Source: Pyrinomonadaceae bacterium (lineage in GTDB: Bacteria > Acidobacteriota > Blastocatellia > Pyrinomonadales > Pyrinomonadaceae). From it: a stretch of 64,000 nt of DNA. Of this stretch, positions 50,444 to 58,343 are shown piece by piece. The stretch spans positions 826,708 through 890,707 of the forward strand of contig CAVSTX010000004.1 in assembly GCA_963730985.1 (NCBI GenBank). The letters are read 5' to 3'. The position numbers were made by a program, and so were the translations under genes. Positions within the stretch are counted from its first letter, which is position 1; the number at the start of each line of letters is the position of its first letter. Under the pieces are notes generated by a model that saw only the letters and a list, made by a program, of their open reading frames with translations, did no database searches and was not told where the DNA came from.

Positions 50444-51562
50444 ATGCCAAATGAAGAAAGAACTATCCAGGCGATTAATGCTGCGATTAGGGAAGAGGGT
50501 TTACCATGGGCCGCTGGCCCAACTACGCTTTCTTCGCTACCGCCTGAAGAGCAAAGAAAATATCTTGGGTTAATTGTCGATGAAGCGGAAATGCAGCGAC
50601 TCGTGGCGGAAACGCGACAACTCGCCAGCTTGGAGCAGCCAATGCTCGGAGCCAGGGCTTTTGGTGCGCCCACGAAAGTCGATTGGCGGGATAACGGAGG
50701 TAATTACGTTACTCCCATCAAGAATCAGGGTGGGTGCGGCTCGTGCGTTTCGTTCTGTAGTTGCTCGGTAATCGAGTCAGCCGTCCGCATCAAACTTCAA
50801 AACCCCACCTACAACATCGATCTTTCAGAGGGATTCCTTCAGTTTTGCGGCGGTGGAAGCTGCGGTGGCTGGGGTCTGACCTCCGGCCTCGACTTTGCAA
50901 AGAGCACTGGTGTCGTCGACGAGGCTTGTATGCCGTACACGGCTGGCGGCGGCACCAACATGAATTGCACTGCCAGTCGTTGCAGTGATTGGCAAAACCG
51001 CGTGACCAAGATAGCGAGTTACACGAACCACTCGACCATGGAAGCGCGCAAAAACGCGATCGCTGCCGGACCAGTCCTCGCCGGAATGGAGGTATGGACC
51101 GACTTTTTCTCGTATTCCAGCGGTATTTACGTTAAGAGTGCTGCCGCAACTCGGTTGAGCCCGGATCCCGGATACCACTGCGTCTGCGTAGTCGGATACG
51201 ACGACTCTCAACAATGCTGGATTATTAAGAACAGCTGGGGAACCGGCTGGGGCGAGGCCGGTTTCATGCGAATGAAGTACGGCCAGACTGACCTACTTAT
51301 CGATAGCAGTTGGTCCTTTTCGTCCGTAGTCGTCGAGATTGCAGCGGCCTGGCACAGTAATGTCACTGTCTCGCAAGTTTTCGCGTCGCGGGATTCTCAG
51401 AATGGCTGGGCGCATTTCACAGGGCTCGGATGGCGCAAGATCCAGGCGGGCACCTCCGACGGCATTACCAACATGCTCGCACTTTTTGCGCAAGCTGTGG
51501 CGAAGAACAAGAAGGTGACCATCTACGCTGACGGGGACTTTGTATACCAGGCTTATCTCTAA
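50444..51562 (+). CDS. Papain-family (C1) cysteine peptidase, leaderless, with an extra C-terminal domain of about 70 aa
   Basis: Carries 'IKNQGGCGSCVSF' (catalytic Cys), 'GYHCVCVVGYDD' (His) and 'WIIKNSWGTGWGEAGF' (Asn-Ser-Trp). It has no hydrophobic N-terminal signal sequence. Confidence 0.85.
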   Translation: MPNEERTIQAINAAIREEGLPWAAGPTTLSSLPPEEQRKYLGLIVDEAEMQRLVAETRQLASLEQPMLGARAFGAPTKVDWRDNGGNYVTPIKNQGGCGSCVSFCSCSVIESAVRIKLQNPTYNIDLSEGFLQFCGGGSCGGWGLTSGLDFAKSTGVVDEACMPYTAGGGTNMNCTASRCSDWQNRVTKIASYTNHSTMEARKNAIAAGPVLAGMEVWTDFFSYSSGIYVKSAAATRLSPDPGYHCVCVVGYDDSQQCWIIKNSWGTGWGEAGFMRMKYGQTDLLIDSSWSFSSVVVEIAAAWHSNVTVSQVFASRDSQNGWAHFTGLGWRKIQAGTSDGITNMLALFAQAVAKNKKVTIYADGDFVYQAYL

Positions 51563-51584
51563 TACCTGGTCGATCGGAATCGTA

Positions 51585-51632
51585 GGATCGCGTCAGCCGG
51601 GAATTCACGAGAACGACGGGCTGACGTGATCC
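51585..51632 (+). promoter_or_regulatory. Intercistronic 14-bp stem-loop
   Basis: ggatcgcgtcagcc (51585-51598) pairs with ggctgacgtgatcc (51619-51632), with one G-U pair and a 20-nt loop. It lies between the protease gene and the small paralog gene. Confidence 0.5.
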
Positions 51633-51673
51633 GAACATACATGACAATTTCCAATTGAGGAGGTACTTTTACC

Positions 51674-51892
51674 GTGTGGACAAAAATCAATCAGGTATTC
51701 ACATCGCGTGATGGGCAAAACGGCTGGGCACACCTCGTGGGAACAAATGCCTGGCACAAGATCCTTCCGGGCTCTGCTGACGGCGTGACCAACGTGTTCA
51801 TGCTGCTAACTACTGCGAAGGGAAATGATCGGCAGGTTTACGTGGTGTTTGATGCTACAGCACAAAAGAACATTACCCAGTCCTACATGTAA
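51674..51892 (+). CDS. Small protein paralogous to the C-terminal domain of the adjacent C1 peptidase
   Basis: A 72-aa ORF with a GTG start and GAGGAGG 10 nt upstream. 'INQVFTSRDGQNGWAHLVG..W.KI.PGSADGVTNVF' aligns with 'VSQVFASRDSQNGWAHFTG..WRKIQAGTSDGITNML' in the protease. Confidence 0.75.
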   Translation: MWTKINQVFTSRDGQNGWAHLVGTNAWHKILPGSADGVTNVFMLLTTAKGNDRQVYVVFDATAQKNITQSYM

Positions 51893-51985
51893 TCAACCGC
51901 CTGCTTCAGGTGATGGACGAAGACCCATGATCCGCTTGTACCAGGACCAATCTGGAGGCACACCTGAACACAGAGGAGTATTGCC

Positions 51986-52420
51986 GTGAGTGATGTAAAT
52001 ATACATATTTCTGTCGGCTCAGGAGCTGATGCCGGCTCAGGCACTGGCTCGGGCGGCGCAGCGGTGCAGACTGTTGCCGGGACTGAACCCGCGCGCCCTA
52101 TGGCTCTTGCAGAGCTTCAATTCGGTGGTGGCGGCGAAAGCCCACCCAAGCCTTTGCTGCCTGAAGAACTAGCAACAGCGTCGGTCTCGTCCGGCGGAAG
52201 CTCAACACCTGCTCCTATGACAATCGAGCAGTTGCAGGGAAGCGTGGCTGCAGGTGCGCCGGAACCAGGAGCCTTTGGCTCGTTGGTGGAAACAGGCTCC
52301 GGTATGCCTACACCCTCGCTGGAACTGTTGGGCGAAGTTGCTGAAAGTGCGCCGCCAAGACCTATGTCGCCGGAAGAGCTGAGAGCACCAGGAACTTCCG
52401 GTAAGCCCTCCAAGAAATAG
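51986..52420 (+). CDS. Low-complexity Gly/Ser/Pro-rich protein with five copies of a P-x-P-[ML]-x-x-E-[EQ]-L motif
   Basis: A 144-aa ORF with a GTG start and a GAGGAG SD. The repeats are 'ARPMALAELQ', 'PKPLLPEELA', 'PAPMTIEQLQ', 'PTPSLELLG' and 'PRPMSPEELR'. Confidence 0.6.
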   Translation: MSDVNIHISVGSGADAGSGTGSGGAAVQTVAGTEPARPMALAELQFGGGGESPPKPLLPEELATASVSSGGSSTPAPMTIEQLQGSVAAGAPEPGAFGSLVETGSGMPTPSLELLGEVAESAPPRPMSPEELRAPGTSGKPSKK

Positions 52421-52437
52421 TCCCCACTGGTGAGCAA

Positions 52438-52794
52438 ATGGCCACTGTCGTATTGGACCAGGGGAACAATGGGGAAACAGTAAAACTCCGCCTCGGGGAT
52501 GACATCACGCTGCGGCTACCGGAAAACGCAACTACCGGGTACCGCTGGCACATAGAGCGCGCCGAAGGATTAATCGAGGAAGCTGCCACAGCTACTGAAC
52601 CTTCGGCGCCGTCGCCAGCGTCCACCTCTGATGATCAGAATCCCACCATTGGACGCGGGGGTCTACGCAAGTTTCACTTCCGCACCACAAAAGTCGGCCA
52701 AGGCCGCCTCGCGTTAAAGTACTACCGCGAATGGGAAGGCGGAGACTCGGCCCTCGAAAGCTTTGCAGTTGACCTGGACGTGGTTTCAGCTTAG
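52438..52794 (+). CDS. Chagasin-family (I42) cysteine peptidase inhibitor, leaderless
   Basis: The three chagasin/ICP loops occur in order: 'NATTGYRW' (NPTTG loop), 'IGRGGLRKFHF' (GxGG loop) and 'YYREWEG' (RPW loop). It is 118 aa with no signal peptide. Confidence 0.75.
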   Translation: MATVVLDQGNNGETVKLRLGDDITLRLPENATTGYRWHIERAEGLIEEAATATEPSAPSPASTSDDQNPTIGRGGLRKFHFRTTKVGQGRLALKYYREWEGGDSALESFAVDLDVVSA

Positions 52795-52930
52795 CTGCGC
52801 GAGCTTAACCCGCTATCAATTCGCCCACTGCATTTCGCCGAGCAACACTCACGCCCAACAACCCAGGGGAATTGTTTAATCAGAACCCGTCTTCCGACTG
52901 TCCTTTGCTCGCAGTTGAACCGGGCGCTTG

Positions 52931-55370
52931 TCAGTCGGACCAGTACAGATACCAAATACCCCAATACTGCCGGCCGGATTTAAACAGCATCTCGCCGTCT
53001 CCGCTGACAGGGTTTCGCCTGAGCGGCGCAGTAAACTTCAATCGCACGTGACTGGGCCACAGTTTGTATTCCATATTGACATCGACTGCCGCCCGGTAGC
53101 CGCCGCTGGCGGAGTCCACCGGCTTTACGACATGGAGCACTGATGTGGGAGAAGGGCGCGGCGGCGGAAAGATGTCGAACTCGATCGCATTGTTTTCGCC
53201 ACCTGGATACCAACCGTTGACCCAGATAGCGACACGCGTAGCCGGCTTGCCGCCAAAAAGCGTCTCCTCCAGCTTGGTGAAAAGATTCGTCTCAGAAATT
53301 ACTGTCTTCGAACGTGCAAAACTAAAGATTGGATGCAACTCCGTTTTATAAGTCTTGTGACCGCAGTCAACAATCCAGCGGCCCGTCGTATGCACCAAAT
53401 CACCGACGGCCGGAGCACCTAGAAAATTGTGCGCATATGCCGCGTAAGCCATCTCATATTCGGTCTTAATCCGGTCCGTGTTCTCATGCCCGAACAGGCT
53501 GGGTAATTCAGGGCTCGTGACGATTTGCTGGCCAAGCGGACGTACGAAGAATTCGAAATCGGAAGCACACGTCAAGTTGATTCCGAGACGCCAGTTCAGG
53601 TACGGGCAGTTCGCATTATGGGTCCGGTGCGTGAGGGCATTGTCGATGCTCGCCATGTGTGCCCCAATTGTGTAGCCGAAAACTGGTGTCACATCGTGGT
53701 GACCGCGAACGGCTTTCCATTCTGGCGGACCCCAGGGACTTCCGGGAATATACGTTGTGCCGCTGCAGAACTGATTTTTGAAGTCCGGCTTGTTCTCGGG
53801 GGTAATTGGAGGAGGGAACTCGGGTTCCGGATCCACGGGACAGGGACCAAGGTTGTCATCGCATCTGAAACCCTCCCACAGGGTCGCCGGGTGCTTGTGC
53901 CGTTCCTGATCAAAAGCGCTCAGCTCAAATACCCACTCGCCCAAGCCAGGTCCTATAAGCCACTTTCCAATTTGGCGCTCCATCCACAGCTTCGGTGGGG
54001 TACCTCGAATCTCTAACGTTGAGGGCAAGATCCACTCCTCGTCACCCGGGCGGTCAAACCGCTGGAACAGCCACGTCTGCATAGGTCCGGCGGAATTGGT
54101 GGGATCGCCGAGCGGCAACCCAACCTTCTCATCGCCGCCTCGTTTATCGATCGCCTCCGCAAAGACAGCTGGAACGTATACCGCCTCGGGTGGTGCTATC
54201 GTCGGCAACCTGGCATAGATGCGCCCGCGTTCGAATGGCTGAGAGCGAGCTCCACCGATTATTGTGTCTCTCTCCTCGCCTGTGGGACATCCAAACCATC
54301 CTCTCTCGTTGAAGTTACCGCGCAGCGACATCCACTTGGTGAAGATATCGCCGCGGACGGCGATCGCGCCGCCGTCACGGCCACTGATTGCTCCGCGTTC
54401 ATACACCGCAATTGAGCAACCTCGTAGCAGACCGTATTGAAATTCTCCAAGTGCGGGCGTGCCTCCTTCGGTATTGAAACGATCGCGAACCGCGCGTGGC
54501 AGGTTAGTCAAATTGCTCGTAGCCGTGCCTTTGAGCCCGGCGATGTTTTCGGCAACAGCGGTGACCGTAACTGGACCAAGGGGCAGGGGAGTGATTCCTC
54601 CTTCGAGTGAGAATTGGCGCGTCGGTCCGCTCCCAGTCAAGCTAAGCCATAGTTTAAGCGGCGGTGCAGTAGACTCGGGCGGGAGACGATATCCAACGGT
54701 AACAATAACGTTCGAACGCAACCCTTCACCGGTCACCGTGCCTGCAATCTCCATCCTCGGAAGGTCGCCTGGAATATCCACCTCGGTGTTGTTGATCGGT
54801 TGAGTTAGCTGAACAACCGGCGGTGTCGTCGGCAGTGGAGGAGGTGAGTCTCCGTCGAATTCAAGGTCGTCAATCGAAACGTATGGCGTGCCGTCGAGCT
54901 GCAATTCGACCCGGCGGATGTCCGGCGCCGCGACTTCAAACGCCGTAGTGAACTTGTTCGGCACAACAGGGTGCCCGGCGACCGCCACCACATTACCGAG
55001 TGGAGTCGAACGCAGTCAGCTTCCCGTTGATGTTAGAAAAGGAACCCGCAAAAAGTTTTACGCGAGTCACCGTCATCTCGTTGCGAAACCGAATGACAAA
55101 CGGGAAAACTGTGAAAACCTCCTCTCCTGGCCGGACCGCTCTCACTACTCGCTGACCTGAACGCGCCGCCGGATCGACGTCGAGATAGCCGATATCAAAA
55201 AGCACTCCGAGGTCGCTGTATTGAATGCCCATCGTGGAGCCAGTTGGAATCGCAGCGCGCTCGAAATCCACAACTGTCGTCTGGGCGTTAACGCTTAGGG
55301 TGGACGAAAGGAAGGCGATGCTTAATGCGATGAGCGGCATCGCAGCACGCGCAACCGATCTTGTGTACAT
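52931..55370 (-). pseudogene. Large secreted LGFP-repeat protein whose signal-peptide exon-like piece lies in another frame
   Basis: ORF 54993..55370 carries a signal peptide ('MPLIALSIAFLSSTLSVNA') and abuts ORF 52931..54991. The second frame is open from 55015. Deleting 1 nt within 54996-55015 joins the two ORFs. The central region has LGFP-like repeats ('LGEFQYG..G..I.V.G.I..KW','VGLPLGDPT'). The roughly 350-aa C-terminal part is unassigned. Confidence 0.6.
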
Positions 55371-55384
55371 TGTTTTCCTTCCTT

Positions 55385-55966
55385 TCAGAGGGCTGTGGCC
55401 ATCAATAAAATCCTTACCTTGACCTTCTTCTTGGACGTGTTGGTGACCGCGATAATGGCGCGTCCCCCAACCGGAGTTTGCGCGTGCACGTTCGAGCCTC
55501 CTCTATTGCCGCCGGGGGTAAACGCAGTTCCAGTTGCGACAGGCGAACCATTAACACCGAGAGTGACCTTCAGTGCCGAGTCGGTACCAATCCACTGTGC
55601 TGATCCCGACAGGCTCGCAGGGCCTGCGAGCTGGAGTTCAACGATACCTGTCGCACCCGGGACTAACTCCTTATGAACAATGTCGGGAGCTGATGTGTTT
55701 TTAAACCGCTCGGCAAATTCGGCAATCTCGTCTTCGTCGGGCGTCCCACTGGGTTGCGGGGCATTGCCGGTGAGCCAGTCAAACGGCAATTGACCTTTGA
55801 AAGCTAAGTCTTCCGTCACCGACTGCTGGCGCATCTCCTTGAGGTCGACAGTTGGGTCACGGCGCTTGTGCTTGTCGCAATGTCCGGCGAACGTCACAAG
55901 CGCCATGCATGCGAGTAGGAGAAGCTTCCCAAAGCGGTTCTGTGGCGTTGAAATGAATGTGTTCAT
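55385..55966 (-). CDS. Hypothetical secreted protein (beta-sandwich/PPC-like C-terminus?)
   Basis: The track ORF extends to 56209, but ATG 55966 gives the signal peptide 'MNTF..GKLLLLACMALVTFAGHC'. Function is unknown. Confidence 0.5.
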   Translation of the reverse strand: MNTFISTPQNRFGKLLLLACMALVTFAGHCDKHKRRDPTVDLKEMRQQSVTEDLAFKGQLPFDWLTGNAPQPSGTPDEDEIAEFAERFKNTSAPDIVHKELVPGATGIVELQLAGPASLSGSAQWIGTDSALKVTLGVNGSPVATGTAFTPGGNRGGSNVHAQTPVGGRAIIAVTNTSKKKVKVRILLMATAL

Positions 55967-56237
55967 AGGAGGAGCCTTTCTGACCAGTAATGAGTCGCCC
56001 GAAAAAAACATTTCAGAGCTCTCGAGTGCGACCTCAACCGCCGGCCATCTCAGGCGACCAGACACCTGAACGATTCTCGCGGGGCAGTTCAAATAGAGCT
56101 TTGGATTTACTTCATGAGGAGCGGAAGGACGCTTGGTGAGGAGGGCAGGGCTGATTAAGCAGGACCGAGTATCAAGCTCAAAGCCGCAGGACAGCCTTTT
56201 TCTGCACATATTTGCCGCGTCTGATAATACATATTAT

Positions 56238-56390
56238 GTAGAAGGAGGCTTTGCCTCAAAAGTAGGATTACGAAGTTCTTTTGGGGCAAACTGCATTTCT
56301 GCCTCAAAAATCAATCTGACCGACTGGGTTGATCTTCCGCAAGGATATTGCCAAAAGACTTGTTGTGATCACGAAACGAATACGGCAAAG
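56238..56390. repeat. Copy A of a direct repeat of about 115-150 bp flanking the WD40 gene
   Basis: 'gtagaaggaggctttgcctcaa' is identical to 57766-57787. About 80% identity continues through '..ttcttttggggcaaac...atttctgcc.caaaaatcaa..gacc.a.tg...tacggcaa.g'. Confidence 0.75.
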
Positions 56391-56421
56391 CCCGATGTCA
56401 GCACCCGTCTCAATTACTGTT

Positions 56422-57375
56422 CTACAGAGTGAGATCCCATATTCGGATAATCCTGTCGAACTCCCCAAGTGTTGCCAAGGTTGTTGGAGCTGAGGGGTGA
56501 AAGGCTAGATTAGGTGGCCAAAGAGGACTTCCAGGTTCTTCGAGGACGCCAACAGTTTGCCAAGTGTCGCACCGCCAGACTCTGACGGTGCCGTCATCCG
56601 ATTTTGATGCGAATAGCCGGCCGTCAGCGGAAAAGTCGATGCTTTTTACTATACGCGTATGGTCTCGCAGAGCACGGACAGGCACACGCAAAAAAGGGCT
56701 CCAGATCACTATGTTTCTCGCGTCACCAGCGACCGCCAGTCTCGGTTGGTCCAATATCCCTGCGTCTGGAGCCCACGCCATGCTCACAATCTGGTAGTTA
56801 TGCCCCTCGAGGTAACGGAACAGCTCGCCATTCTTTGTATCCCACACCCTGATTATCCTATCGTTACCTCCTGAAGCGAGATAGTCGCCGCGAGGCGACC
56901 ACGCCAAAGTGATGACCTCATCGGTGTGTCCCTCAAGCGTGCGCTTCAATCGCCCGGTCTCAATGTCCCAAAGCCTTATAATTCCGTCTGTCCCGGCTGA
57001 GGCTAAGGTCCGACCGTCTTTCGACCAGGTTACGACATTTGCCCCTAAAGGGTGTTCGAACTTGCGTCGCAATAATCGGCCAGTTTGCGTGCTTCGCAAA
57101 TGAATTAACGTTGAGGCCCCCGTAGAGGCTATCATCTCTCCATCGGGGGACCATGCGACCTCATACACATTAAAACGCTCATTCATCTTGCGTCGAAGTT
57201 CGCCGGTCTTTGCATCCCACAGGCGAATAGTATGGTACTCAGCACCGCCGGCAATTGTTTGGCCGTCGGGTGACCACGCAATGCTCATGAACACATCCCC
57301 GTCTCCTCGCAGCTTGTGTCGAAGTTTGAACCCTAATGGGACCTTGTTACTTATGCTTTCGTCTGACATTTTCAT
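56422..57375 (-). CDS. Seven-bladed WD40 repeat protein (no signal peptide)
   Basis: There are seven units of the 'WSPDG..LAS.G.D..IRLWD' type. Confidence 0.9.
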   Translation of the reverse strand: MKMSDESISNKVPLGFKLRHKLRGDGDVFMSIAWSPDGQTIAGGAEYHTIRLWDAKTGELRRKMNERFNVYEVAWSPDGEMIASTGASTLIHLRSTQTGRLLRRKFEHPLGANVVTWSKDGRTLASAGTDGIIRLWDIETGRLKRTLEGHTDEVITLAWSPRGDYLASGGNDRIIRVWDTKNGELFRYLEGHNYQIVSMAWAPDAGILDQPRLAVAGDARNIVIWSPFLRVPVRALRDHTRIVKSIDFSADGRLFASKSDDGTVRVWRCDTWQTVGVLEEPGSPLWPPNLAFHPSAPTTLATLGEFDRIIRIWDLTL

Positions 57376-57399
57376 GATGAGAGAAGTTGAGCGCTAATT

Positions 57400-58043
57400 C
57401 TAGATTACTTCGCATCAACCGCGCTAGAACGAACAAAGAAGTTGGCCGCGACCGCGTGCTCGATCTCCAGCCGGCGTCATTCGAAAACTTTGGCTATCCC
57501 CAGGAAAATCTCGAAAGCACCCGCGCTAGTCTTCATGGCGTTAAGTCATATGGAGCGCCTTCTGTTGGAGTCGAAAACTGTCCTTGCAGCTCAGGTGGGC
57601 CAATGGCGAGTCTTGCGAAGAAGGGCATATTGGAAAGATTTCCTGATTGACTGAATGCAGCGAAGAAGAGTTGTGATTCGTAATCAGCGAATGCGATGAG
57701 AATGTGAAAGACTTTTGAGGCAGAAAACCTACTTTGGGGGCAACAAGGACTTTTGAGGCAAAGCCGTAGAAGGAGGCTTTGCCTCAATAACCCGATTCCG
57801 AGGTTCTTTTTGGAGCAAACGGTATTTCTGCCCCAAAAATCAAAAAGACCGAACTGTTTCAAGAGAAGTAAGTACGGCAAGGCGGAAGATCGCCGCATGT
57901 GGCTCAAGGTGCATTTGATGTGCGGAGTAAAGACCAACATTGTAACGTCAGTCGAGATAAGCGATGGTTATTCAAATGACCACGGCTATTTCAAGCCCTT
58001 GCTGGAGCGACTGCCGGAGCTTGGAACGAAAACGATCTCTTAA
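57400..58043 (+). mobile_element. Degenerate, truncated DDE transposase remnant
   Basis: ORF 57753..58043 ends with 'FKRSKYGKAEDRRMWLKVHLMCGVKTNIVTSVEISDGYSNDHGYFKPLL'. This matches the central 'KYG....W.K.H.M.GV.TNIVT.V.I' block of a transposase family I recognise (probably IS5-related). Upstream frames show weaker matches and the catalytic C-terminal half is absent. Boundaries are approximate. Confidence 0.5.
57766..57880. repeat. Copy B of the direct repeat flanking the WD40 gene
   Basis: See copy A. It lies inside the transposase remnant region. A 13-bp perfect hairpin, ttgaggcaaagcc (57753-57765) pairing with ggctttgcctcaa (57775-57787), overlaps its 5' end. Confidence 0.75.
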
Positions 58044-58061
58044 CGACGATTAACGCATACC

Positions 58062-58096
58062 ACTTTTGGGGCAGCAACATCGTTTGCCCCAAAAGT
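58062..58096. repeat. 12-bp perfect palindromic hairpin of the CTTTTGGGGCA family
   Basis: acttttggggca (58062-58073) pairs with tgccccaaaagt (58085-58096), with an 11-nt loop. Confidence 0.85.
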
Positions 58097-58343
58097 CTAT
58101 TTCCTCATAATTGCGAGTAAACCGATCAGCGCACCCAACAATCCAGTCAACAGCGCTCCGACTTGGCCGATGATTTTGGCCCACCATTCGACGCTTCTTC
58201 GTCTATCAAGTTTGATTTGGTGGTTCGCTTCTGCTTTGCCGGCGGGCGTGAGGTATTATCGCGTCGAAAGCTCGATCACTTCCAGGGTTCCGGATTGTTC
58301 TTCGAGATCATCAAGACAACATCTGCTAACAGGAGGTTTCGGT

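Noticed and set aside
56133-56432. A 99-aa ORF, together with ORFs 57387..57654 and 57533..57940, in the repeat-rich regions around the WD40 gene.
   Set aside because: They cross the direct repeats and palindromes or decayed transposase sequence. No intact domain is present, so I treat them as remnants.
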